Source of the DNA: Marmoricola sp.
Lineage (GTDB): Bacteria; Actinomycetota; Actinomycetes; Propionibacteriales; Nocardioidaceae
Direction of reading: 5' to 3'
Assembly: GCA_025965195.1 (NCBI GenBank)
Contig: JAOPXK010000112.1
Coordinates: 6-64,005, forward strand
Length of the DNA: 64,000 nt
Positions 26,005 to 34,613 of the stretch are shown in pieces. Below the pieces are notes generated by a model. The model saw nothing but the letters and a program-made list of their open reading frames with translations, was not told the origin of the DNA and made no database searches. Positions within the stretch are counted from its first letter, which is position 1, and each line of letters starts with the position of its first letter. A program made the position numbers and the translations under genes.

Positions 26005-27045
26005 TCAGGGCCGGAAGATCTCGAAGACGCTCTCAGCCAGGTTCGTGCCGGGCCTCAGCCAGAAGCCGGCCGGAATGCCCGGATGCCTGGCGAAGGCGTT
26101 GCAGGGCACGTCCGGGTTCGTCGCGTTCTGCTGGGTGAGCACGACGTTCCCGGTGCAGGTGGCGTTGCCGTCGACGGTGATCTCGCGGGTCGGCCCGGCC
26201 GGAGCGTCGTAGTAGTCGTCGTCGAACGGATAGGACAGGTGGTGCGCCACGGCGTACGCCTTGCCGGCGGCGTCGTTGCCGTAGGTGCGAAACGGCCGCA
26301 CGGTGAAGGTGAGGCCGCTGACGATCTTCACGTGTGCGGTGAGGTACGTCGGCATCGGCGGCAGCGGCGCGCCATCGCTGGCGAACTTGGCTGAGTTCAG
26401 GATCGCGGCCGTCTCCGGATGGTCGAGGTAGTCAAGGATCAGCACCTTCGACGTCGGCAGGAACCATGCCTGCGGGGTGAACCGCGATCCGTCCTTGCAG
26501 GTGGCAGTCCACTTGTTCCAGCTGGCCTTGTGGTCACCGACCGGGCGCAGGCCGTTCTCGAACTTCGCCCCGACCGTCACGCCGTTCAGGTGGTTGCCAG
26601 CGCTCGCCTGGCCAATCGGGCACGGCTGCACGTCGGTCGCGGAGTACCAGCCGGCCGCCTCGCCGGCCCGGTAGTCGCTCGCGTTCGCGCCCGGAAGGTG
26701 CTGCCCGTAGTAGATGCGGACGCCGCCGCAGCCGAACAACGGATGCGGGTTGCCCTGCGGTGCGAGACAGATCGAGCTGGGGCCACCGGTGGACGGCTCA
26801 CCCCGGATGATCTCCCAGCCGGTGGGAGGTACGACGGACAGCACCGTGCCGACCGCGATCGCGTTCGGATCGACTGCGGGAGTCGTCGCCGTCGGAGTCG
26901 ATGTGACGGGCGCAGACGCAGCCGGTGACGTTGCCGGCGAGGTCGGCGTGCTGTCGACGGCAGGAGGTGTGTTGTCCGTGCCGCAGCCGGCAACCAGGAC
27001 GAGGAGCGCGCAGCCGAACAACCCGAGAACTGCCCGATTCTTCAT
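26005..27045 (-). CDS. predicted lipoprotein, unknown function
   Basis: MKNR + hydrophobic stretch + LVAGC lipobox; Pro/Thr-rich linker; paired cysteines. Confidence 0.75.
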   Translation of the reverse strand: MKNRAVLGLFGCALLVLVAGCGTDNTPPAVDSTPTSPATSPAASAPVTSTPTATTPAVDPNAIAVGTVLSVVPPTGWEIIRGEPSTGGPSSICLAPQGNPHPLFGCGGVRIYYGQHLPGANASDYRAGEAAGWYSATDVQPCPIGQASAGNHLNGVTVGAKFENGLRPVGDHKASWNKWTATCKDGSRFTPQAWFLPTSKVLILDYLDHPETAAILNSAKFASDGAPLPPMPTYLTAHVKIVSGLTFTVRPFRTYGNDAAGKAYAVAHHLSYPFDDDYYDAPAGPTREITVDGNATCTGNVVLTQQNATNPDVPCNAFARHPGIPAGFWLRPGTNLAESVFEIFRP

Positions 27046-27080
27046 GGTCCGACGTTAGTGCGTGCGCTTGGATGGATGCC

Positions 27081-27800
27081 ATGACCCCATCGCCCGTTGA
27101 CTCCAGCGCCCTGGCCGAGATCGCCCGGGCCACCGCGGCCGTGCAGGCCACTGTCGCTTCGGCGTCCGGCGCCGAGCTCGCCGAGCCGTCGGTGTTGCCC
27201 GACTGGTCGCGGGCACACGTCGTCGCGCACCTCGGGCTGAACGCGGCTGGGATGATCCGGCTGTTCGAGGGCCTTGCCAAGGGCCAGGTGCTCCCGTTCT
27301 ACGACTCGGTCGAGAAGCGCAATGCCGACATCGAGGCGTGGGCCGCTCTCCCGGCCGCCGACCTGCGGGCCCGCTTCAACGACGCGGCCGACGGCTGGGA
27401 GCCAGCCGTCCTCGGCGTTCCAGCGGATGGCTGGCAGACCGCGGTCGAGCGGGTGCCGGGCCAGCCGTTCGGATCTGCGCTCCGTTTCATCACGACACGA
27501 CACCGCGAGGTCGAGATCCACCATTGCGATCTCGATCTCGGCTACCCACCCGCGGCCTGGCCCGAGTCCTTCGTCATCTCGTTGCTGGACTCGACTTCGC
27601 TGGACCGCGCGGCCGGGCCGGGGATGCTCCTCGAACCCGACGACATCGACCAGCACTGGCTGATCGGCCCGTCCTCCGACGTACCCACTGTGCGAGGTCA
27701 CGCGGCAGCCATCGCCTGGTGGCTGATCGGGCGAGGCGACGGGTCTGACCTGAGGTCCGACGCGGACGGCGGACTGCCTACGATCGGGGCATGGGTATGA
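27081..27800 (+). CDS. mycothiol-dependent maleylpyruvate isomerase (MDMPI/DinB-like) family protein
   Basis: PSVLPDWSRAHVVAHLGLNA and RHREVEIHHCDLDLGY His-metal motifs; the start may be ATG 27072. Confidence 0.88.
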   Translation: MTPSPVDSSALAEIARATAAVQATVASASGAELAEPSVLPDWSRAHVVAHLGLNAAGMIRLFEGLAKGQVLPFYDSVEKRNADIEAWAALPAADLRARFNDAADGWEPAVLGVPADGWQTAVERVPGQPFGSALRFITTRHREVEIHHCDLDLGYPPAAWPESFVISLLDSTSLDRAAGPGMLLEPDDIDQHWLIGPSSDVPTVRGHAAAIAWWLIGRGDGSDLRSDADGGLPTIGAWV

Positions 27801-28468
27801 ACTACACCGGCAAGGTCACTCCCGGCGGCACTCCTGACACCCGGGAGCTGGCCGAGCTGATGATCACCAAGCTCGCGGTCGACCCGAAGATGTCCAACAA
27901 CTGTTACGTGCTGCGCTGCCGCGCGACCGACGAGCAGGTGCTGATCGACGCGGCTGCCGAGTCCGAGGGTCTGCTCGCGTTGATCGGCCCCGCCGGCATC
28001 TCGAAGGTGATCACCACACACGAGCACTGGGACCACCACCGCGCGCTTGCCGACGTCGTCGCCTCCACCGGTGCCGTCGTCGTGGCGGGGGCTGCCGATT
28101 CGGCCGGCATCACCGAGCAGACCGGCGTCCGGGTCCAGGACCAGGTCGAGCACGGCGACACGATCGAGTTCGGCAACTGCCGTCTCGAGGTGATCCACCT
28201 GATCGGTCACACCGCAGGCTCGATCGCCTTGCTCTACGACGACCCCGAGGGCACCCCGCACCTCTTCACCGGCGACTCACTCTTCCCCGGCGGTGTCGGC
28301 AGCACCCGCGGCGACAAGGCGGCCTTCGCCACCCTGATCGACGAGGTCGCCGCCAAGGTCTTCGACCGGCTTCCCGACGAGACCTGGTTCTACCCCGGCC
28401 ACGGCAACGACTCGACCCTCGGCGCCGAACGCCCACACCTCCCCGAATGGCGCGAGCGCGGCTGGTAG
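27797..28468 (+). CDS. MBL-fold metallo-hydrolase
   Basis: THEHWDHH, GHTAGS, FTGDSLFPGG and YPGHG motifs. Confidence 0.92.
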   Translation: MNYTGKVTPGGTPDTRELAELMITKLAVDPKMSNNCYVLRCRATDEQVLIDAAAESEGLLALIGPAGISKVITTHEHWDHHRALADVVASTGAVVVAGAADSAGITEQTGVRVQDQVEHGDTIEFGNCRLEVIHLIGHTAGSIALLYDDPEGTPHLFTGDSLFPGGVGSTRGDKAAFATLIDEVAAKVFDRLPDETWFYPGHGNDSTLGAERPHLPEWRERGW

Positions 28469-28486
28469 CGCCTCCGGCAGGACTGT

Positions 28487-28525
28487 GCGGTTGATCGGTG
28501 CCACCAGGTGACTCCGATCAACCGC
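28487..28525 (+). terminator. hairpin, probable intrinsic terminator after the MBL gene
   Basis: GCGGTTGATCGG (28487-28498) and CCGATCAACCGC (28514-28525) form a perfect 12-bp stem. Confidence 0.6.
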
Positions 28526-28557
28526 CCAGACGGGATTCAGACCCCTAGTCTCCTCAC

Positions 28558-30426
28558 ATGCTGGTCGACTGGGTGGGCGCCGAGAACGGCGGACGGTTTC
28601 GGCTCGACCTGCCGGTCCCTGTACGGCCGGGGCTCCCTCACGTCGACGGGCTCCTCGCCGGCGCGGCCGAGGTCGACATCACGCCGCCACCGGGGATGCC
28701 GAAGTCCGGGCACTCGAAGAATGCCCATGACGGCAACGGGTTCCGCACCCGGCTGAAGGCCCGGGTGATCCATCTCCGGGCGGGTGAGACATCGCTCGCG
28801 CTGGTCGCGCTCGACCTGCTGGCCGGGTCCGCGATCGTGCATCGGGCGCTGGCCCACGAGATCGCTGCCGACGTACCGATCGAGGGCCTGTTCCTCGGCG
28901 CCACCCACACGCACGCCGGGCCCGGGCAGTACAGCGGCAGTGAGTTCTACAACCAGTGGGCGTCCAACCGGCCCGGCTTCGACCCGGTCTACACCCGGTT
29001 CCTGGTCGGGCAGCTGAGCTCGGCAGTGCAGCAGGCCGTCGCATCGCGGGTGCCGGCCCGCCTCGCAGTCGGTACGTCCGACGTCTGGGGCCTCACCCGC
29101 AACCGGTCGCTCGGTGCGCATGTCCGCAACGAGAACCTCACCGACCACCGGGTGGAGGACCAGCGCAAGTACGCCGCGATCGACCCGCGGCTGCACCTGC
29201 TCCGGGTCGACAGCGAGGCCGGCCCACTCGCGGCGTACAGCTGGTTCTCGATCCATGGCACTGGCATCAGCCACCACGACACGTCGTACAACGCAGACGT
29301 GTGGGCCTACCTCAACCGTGAGCTCGCCGATCGCGTGGAAGCGGGGACCGGCCATCGGCCGATCAGTGCCGCGGCGGTCGCATCGCACGGTGACATGACG
29401 CCCGCCGTTCGACCCGGGATGCTGGTCTTTCCCGAGGCCGAGCGAGTTGGACGAGGGATCGGCGCAGCGGCCGCCGAGCTCCACCACAGCCTGGAAGCCC
29501 AGCTCAGCAACGAGGTCACGCTCGGTGCGGCGTTGCGGGAGATCGATCTCGCGACCGACCCGGAGGTCGACGGGATCCGCCTTCCGGAGCCACGCATCGG
29601 TTGGGCGAAGACCGCCGGCGCCGCCGAGAACACCACACCCGTCCTGCATCTGCTTCCCCCGTTCAAGGCGGGCATGGGCCGGCGGCCGAAGGGTCCGCAC
29701 GGAGAGAAGCGCATCGCCGGCACCGAGCTCGGCCACAGCCGCCTCGCCGGCCGGACCGAAGCCTTCCCGCGCATCATTCCTGTCCAGATTCTCCAACTGG
29801 GCAACGCGCAAGTGATCGGCCTGCCGTTTGAGGTCACCGTCGAAGCTGGCCGCCGGATCGCGGCCGACGTGGGCGCCGGCGCGTTCGTGTCGTCGCTGGC
29901 GAACGACCACTGCGACTACCTGACCACTCCGGAGGAGTACGCCGCCCAGTACTACGAAGGCGCGAGCACGCTCTTCGGTTCGCAGCAGCAGGCCTTCATC
30001 GCCGGCGCGGCGCGGGATCTCGCATCCGGCCTGCGCAGCGACGTGCTGGATCGCCGGTTCGACTTCACGGTCCATCACTACCTCGCTGAGCCCACGGGCA
30101 GGGCCGCCAGCCGGTCGCTGGAGTCAGCCCGGTTCGTGGAGGCGACGCCGGCGGAGGACGCCTACTGGGAGCTGATCTGGCGCGACGTGGCTCCCGGTGA
30201 CCTGCACTGGCACGAGCCGCTCGTCCGGGTCGAGACCGAGGCAGGCACTCCGGTCGCCGACGACCAGGGCTGGCGCGTCGGCGTCGTCCACCTGGGCGAG
30301 CGCAAGGGTGTGCACCAGTACGCCGCGCGCTGGTTCGCCCCGCCGCTCGGACGGCCCGGACGGCACCGGTTCGTACTGTCCGCGAACGCCGGCCAGCCCG
30401 AGACGGTCAGCCTGCCGTTCGACTGA
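28558..30426 (+). CDS. neutral/alkaline non-lysosomal ceramidase family protein
   Basis: GATHTHAGP (Zn-binding HTH), TRNRS (catalytic Arg region), FSIHGT, PFEVT, YLTTPEEY...QYYEGASTLFG; no signal peptide; TAGTCT 7 nt before ATG (leaderless). Confidence 0.85.
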   Translation: MLVDWVGAENGGRFRLDLPVPVRPGLPHVDGLLAGAAEVDITPPPGMPKSGHSKNAHDGNGFRTRLKARVIHLRAGETSLALVALDLLAGSAIVHRALAHEIAADVPIEGLFLGATHTHAGPGQYSGSEFYNQWASNRPGFDPVYTRFLVGQLSSAVQQAVASRVPARLAVGTSDVWGLTRNRSLGAHVRNENLTDHRVEDQRKYAAIDPRLHLLRVDSEAGPLAAYSWFSIHGTGISHHDTSYNADVWAYLNRELADRVEAGTGHRPISAAAVASHGDMTPAVRPGMLVFPEAERVGRGIGAAAAELHHSLEAQLSNEVTLGAALREIDLATDPEVDGIRLPEPRIGWAKTAGAAENTTPVLHLLPPFKAGMGRRPKGPHGEKRIAGTELGHSRLAGRTEAFPRIIPVQILQLGNAQVIGLPFEVTVEAGRRIAADVGAGAFVSSLANDHCDYLTTPEEYAAQYYEGASTLFGSQQQAFIAGAARDLASGLRSDVLDRRFDFTVHHYLAEPTGRAASRSLESARFVEATPAEDAYWELIWRDVAPGDLHWHEPLVRVETEAGTPVADDQGWRVGVVHLGERKGVHQYAARWFAPPLGRPGRHRFVLSANAGQPETVSLPFD

Positions 30427-30429
30427 GGC

Positions 30430-32292
30430 TCAGCCCTGGCGCCAGGCCCGCCGGAACAGTGCGAGATACGCGACCGCGCTCGCCGCAGCGTGGATCTCCA
30501 GCGTCGTCCCGTCGCTGCTCCGCGCGCCTTCGGACCAGCCCGCGTTGCCGGTCCAGACGAGCTGGCGGTTGCGCTTCCGGCCGAACCTGCCGTCGACGAC
30601 CAGCACCGACTGGCCCGTGCGAGCCTTCCGGATCCCGATGCGACCGGCCGCAAGAACCTTCCGGACGGCCTTCGACGTACCAGACCCGTAGACAGCACGA
30701 ACGTCACAGCCGGCCCGTTCCAGCGACGCGAGCCGGTGGGCGATCGCGACACCCCGGGGCCCCGACCACGCCGACATCACCACGCGTACGTCGGTTCGGC
30801 CGTCCTTGGTCCGCGGGCTCCGGGAGCCGCGACACCTGACCGGCGCAAGGACGTGCACCACCGGGTCCACGCGTGCCGAAGGCACCGGATAGAACTGCGC
30901 GCGGAACGGGCCGTAGCTGTGTACCTGGTCGGGTCCGGCCTTCGCGTCCTTCATCTGTCCGAACAGGCCGCGATAGCCGACGTACAGCTTCAGCGCGGAG
31001 GCGATGTACGCATCGGACCAGCGCTGCGTCGAGCCCGGACCTGCAGGACCCGAACTGGTGATCGTCAGGTTCGAAACCACCCCGCTGCGGCTGACCACCA
31101 TGAAGTTGGCGTGCTGGGCGCCCTTGCCCACGCGACAGCCGGCCCTGCACCGATGCGCCCACGAGGCTGCGGACAGCCGGCCACCGAGCTCCGCTGCGAC
31201 CCGGCGCTCGGCGGCGGTCGAGCTGCTGTCGCCCAGGATGACGCGCACCTGCACTCCCCGCTGATGAGCGGCAATCAGGGCGTCCGCGAGGTAGCGGTCC
31301 CCGAGCTGTGCCGTCGCCAGCCGGATCACGCTTCCGGGCTCGGTGTCCTGGACCGCCCGGGTCAGCCGGGTGAGCACCCGACGGCGTACGCCGGGATCTC
31401 CGTGCGGATTGTTGAAGACCGGCCCGGTCGCGAACAGGTTCTCCGGCTGGTACGTCGCAACCACCGCGTCGTGGTCGGAGTTGAAGCCGTGCACGATCTT
31501 CGAACCGAGCAGGTGCAGCCCGCTGCCGTTCTTCATCGTCATCAGGTAGTCCATCAGCGAGGTCCTGCCGCGCGATCCGGCCAGCGGCATGTCGAAGGAC
31601 ACCAGCTTGCCGAGCACCGCAGTCGGAAAACCGGCCACCTTGCGGCGTCGGTCGGCGAGGTAGTTGATGTTCAGGTCGCCCATGGCGACGGTGTTCTCGG
31701 TGCGCCGGAACATCAGCTGCATGGTGTTCCGCAGAGCCAGGATGTGCTTGCGCAGCCGGGGATCGCGGTGCTTGCTGGTGGCCTGTGCTCCGAAGGAGCC
31801 CTCGGAGATGGCGTGGGTGTTGATGACGCCGAAGATCTTCCCGGTCTGCAGATCACGCAGCCGAACCCTGTCGATGAACCGGGCCGGTGTGACACCGGCC
31901 TCGAAGCCGTAGATCTTCTGGGTTGCGGCGTCGACCAGGCTGAAGCGCCGCGAGTTCCAGACGATCGGGGTGGCGATCCCGCCGCTCCGTGGCATGTACC
32001 AGCTCCAGCCATGGTTGCGCAGGATGCGCACCAGCTCGTCCCGGTCCGCCTGCTGCGACATCTCCTGGAACCCACCGACGTTGCCGAGGGTCAGGGCCTT
32101 TCGGACGTCCGCGGCCGCGGCGGACCTGCTCAGCGTGTGCGCCACGTTGAGCGTGAAGAAGCTGACGGCCGGCCAGCGCCTGGCAGCCGCCACCGGCGCG
32201 GTGCCCAGCGGCTGGGCGGTCGCGGGCGTGACCGACAGTGCCGTCGCAGCGAGCCCGAGCGCCAGGACAGCAGTCACTGCCTTCGTCAGCAT
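30430..32292 (-). CDS. secreted endonuclease/exonuclease/phosphatase (EEP) domain fused to a degenerate phospholipase D-like region
   Basis: Signal peptide; EEP motifs TLNV, FQEM, INTH, GDLN, DY and SDHDAV. The C-terminal half has PLD-like layout (IRLATAQL, GVQVRVIL, GCDVRAV) but HKD positions read HANFMVVS and GQSVLVVD. Confidence 0.75.
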   Translation of the reverse strand: MLTKAVTAVLALGLAATALSVTPATAQPLGTAPVAAARRWPAVSFFTLNVAHTLSRSAAAADVRKALTLGNVGGFQEMSQQADRDELVRILRNHGWSWYMPRSGGIATPIVWNSRRFSLVDAATQKIYGFEAGVTPARFIDRVRLRDLQTGKIFGVINTHAISEGSFGAQATSKHRDPRLRKHILALRNTMQLMFRRTENTVAMGDLNINYLADRRRKVAGFPTAVLGKLVSFDMPLAGSRGRTSLMDYLMTMKNGSGLHLLGSKIVHGFNSDHDAVVATYQPENLFATGPVFNNPHGDPGVRRRVLTRLTRAVQDTEPGSVIRLATAQLGDRYLADALIAAHQRGVQVRVILGDSSSTAAERRVAAELGGRLSAASWAHRCRAGCRVGKGAQHANFMVVSRSGVVSNLTITSSGPAGPGSTQRWSDAYIASALKLYVGYRGLFGQMKDAKAGPDQVHSYGPFRAQFYPVPSARVDPVVHVLAPVRCRGSRSPRTKDGRTDVRVVMSAWSGPRGVAIAHRLASLERAGCDVRAVYGSGTSKAVRKVLAAGRIGIRKARTGQSVLVVDGRFGRKRNRQLVWTGNAGWSEGARSSDGTTLEIHAAASAVAYLALFRRAWRQG

Positions 32293-32420
32293 GGTCGACC
32301 CTCCGTCCGAGTGTGGGCGGTTTCATCACAACAGCCCCATCTGCAACATGCAAGCACTGAGCCGCGGACTGAGAGACTGTCTGCTGCGAACCATTGGATC
32401 CGTCCCCCTCAGGAGAACCC

Positions 32421-33206
32421 ATGACCGTCCAGCTGCGCGGCGCCCGCATCCTGCTCACCGGAGCGACAGGCGGCATCGGCCATGCCATCGCCCGCGCCCT
32501 TCATGCCGAAGGCGCCGAGCTGATCCTCACCGGCCGCAAGGTCGACGTCCTCGAGCCGCTCGCGAAGGAGCTCGGCGCGATCAGCATCGCCACGGACCTC
32601 GCCGATGCCGACGCGGTCACCAGCCTCCTGGAGGAGGCCGGCACGCTGGACGTGCTGGTGGCGAATGCGGCGCTGCCCGGCGTCGGGAACCTGACCGGGA
32701 TGAGCGTCGACCACATCGAGAAGAACCTCGACGTCAACCTGCGCGCGCCCATCGTGATGACCCGGCACCTGCTGCCCGGGATGCTCGAGCGGGGAAGCGG
32801 CCAGATCGTGCTGATCGGGTCGGTCTCGGGCATTGTCAGCTCACCTGGCAGCGCGATGTACAACGCGACCAAGTTCGGGCTCCGCGGCTTCGCGAGTGGT
32901 CTGCGCCAGGACCTGCACGGCACCGGCGTCGGAGTCTCCATCGTGATGCCGGGCTTCGTCCGCGATGCGGGGATGTTCGTGAACAGCGGGATGGTGCTGC
33001 CTGCCGGCGTACGCACCGTCTCCCCGGAGCAGGTCGCCAAGGGCGTCGTGCGCGCGATCAGGAAGGACAAGGGCCAGGTCGTCGTCGCACCCGCCGAGCT
33101 GAAGGCCGGCGCGAAGCTCGGCTCCATCGCCCCCGAGGTCAACGCCACCATCCAGCGCCTCAGCGGCGCGGCCGACATCGTCGGAGGCCACTCCGGCACC
33201 GAGTGA
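32421..33206 (+). CDS. short-chain dehydrogenase/reductase
   Basis: TGATGGIG, NAA and YNATK motifs. Confidence 0.92.
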   Translation: MTVQLRGARILLTGATGGIGHAIARALHAEGAELILTGRKVDVLEPLAKELGAISIATDLADADAVTSLLEEAGTLDVLVANAALPGVGNLTGMSVDHIEKNLDVNLRAPIVMTRHLLPGMLERGSGQIVLIGSVSGIVSSPGSAMYNATKFGLRGFASGLRQDLHGTGVGVSIVMPGFVRDAGMFVNSGMVLPAGVRTVSPEQVAKGVVRAIRKDKGQVVVAPAELKAGAKLGSIAPEVNATIQRLSGAADIVGGHSGTE

Positions 33207-33229
33207 CCTGAGTGATCGCCGGCAGAACC

Positions 33230-34321
33230 TCAGCCGTTGTAGGTGATCCGGAGCTTCTCGCTGGCCGGCATCGACTGGCAGACCAGCCGGATCCCTTCGG
33301 ACAGGTCCTCGGCCTCGAGGATCTCGTTGTGCTTCATGGTGACCTCGCCCTCGAGGACCAGGCAGGCGCAGGCGCTGCACTGGCCGGCGCGGCAGGAGAA
33401 GGGTGCGTCGACGCCCTTCTCCTCCAGGAACTCGAGCAACGGCTTGTCACCTTGCCAGTCGTCGAACGAGTAGTGCTCCCCGTCGAGCTCGACCTCGACC
33501 GTGATGGGACCCGTCACTGCCGACGGTGCCTCGTCGTCACTGTCGTCGTGGTCATCGGCCTCGGCGAGAGTTGCCGCGGCGGCGCTCATCTCCTCGACAT
33601 CGCCGAACGGGTTGCCACCGAGGGAGACGAACTTCTCCTGGTGGCGACGGTCGCGCGGAAAGCCCAACGCCTTGAGGGAATCCGTCACGGCCTTCATGTA
33701 CGGCGCCGGCCCGCAGACGAACGCCGTGTAGTCGGTGAAGTACGCCGCAAAAGCCGTCAGCTGCTCGGTCGACGGCAGGCCCTGGACCGACTCGAGCCAG
33801 TGCACGACCACGAACCGGTCGGGATGGGCACTGGACAACGCAGCCAGCTCGGAGCGGAAGATGACCGACTGCTCGTCGCGGTTGGCGTAGAACAGCACCA
33901 CCTTGCGGCTGCCCTTCTCCAGCGCCGTGCGTGCGATCGAGATGACCGGGGTGATGCCGGATCCGCCGCCGAAGAGGAGCAGGTCGACGTCGAGCGACTT
34001 GGGGGTGAAGATCCCGCTCGGCGGCAGCATCCGGAGCGTGTCGCCCGCACGGAGGTTGTCGCAGATCCAGTTCGACGCATAGCCGTCGACCGTGCGCTTC
34101 ACCGTGATCTGGTGCCTGCCCGAGTGCGGCGCGCTCGAAAGCGAGTAGCACCGAGCCGCGAGGCCGGTCTGGTCGCTCGGCACGGCAACCGTGAGGAACT
34201 GGCCCGCGGTGTAGGCGAAGGTCTCGCGAAGCTCGTCGGGCACGTCGAAGACGATCGAGTGCGCGTCCGCAGTCTCCTCGATGACGTCGACCACGGTGAG
34301 CACGTGGGACTCAATAGCCAT
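33230..34321 (-). CDS. kshB: 3-ketosteroid 9alpha-hydroxylase reductase subunit
   Basis: RCYSL (FAD), GGSGITP, VCGP and C-terminal CRAGQCSAC...C [2Fe-2S]; in the kshA operon. Confidence 0.88.
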   Translation of the reverse strand: MAIESHVLTVVDVIEETADAHSIVFDVPDELRETFAYTAGQFLTVAVPSDQTGLAARCYSLSSAPHSGRHQITVKRTVDGYASNWICDNLRAGDTLRMLPPSGIFTPKSLDVDLLLFGGGSGITPVISIARTALEKGSRKVVLFYANRDEQSVIFRSELAALSSAHPDRFVVVHWLESVQGLPSTEQLTAFAAYFTDYTAFVCGPAPYMKAVTDSLKALGFPRDRRHQEKFVSLGGNPFGDVEEMSAAAATLAEADDHDDSDDEAPSAVTGPITVEVELDGEHYSFDDWQGDKPLLEFLEEKGVDAPFSCRAGQCSACACLVLEGEVTMKHNEILEAEDLSEGIRLVCQSMPASEKLRITYNG

Positions 34322-34613
34322 CGGCTGCGCCGACCTCCAGTTCACCCTCGAGGACGGCGCTCTCAATCGACGCCATCAACCGAGGACATGAGTCATGCAC
34401 CGGGCGGCCGCCCGGTTGCGCAGCCATTCTGGCGAACTCCGGGCACTGCTCGAGCGAACCACCCGTCCACTGGACGCTCGTCTGGTGCTCGCTGTTCTTC
34501 TTCACGCGCACCTTGGCGAGGCAGTCGAGGCAGGCGATCTCCGTGAGCCTGCCGTCGAGATAGAGCTTCTGGTCCGACCGGGTCTCCTCGGTCGTCCCTC
34601 CGAACGAGAGCAT
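34311..34613 (-). CDS. small Cys-containing protein between kshA and kshB
   Basis: 100 aa; CLDC...C...C; its start overlaps the kshA stop (TGATG) and its stop overlaps the kshB start. Confidence 0.75.
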   Translation of the reverse strand: MLSFGGTTEETRSDQKLYLDGRLTEIACLDCLAKVRVKKNSEHQTSVQWTGGSLEQCPEFARMAAQPGGRPVHDSCPRLMASIESAVLEGELEVGAADGY

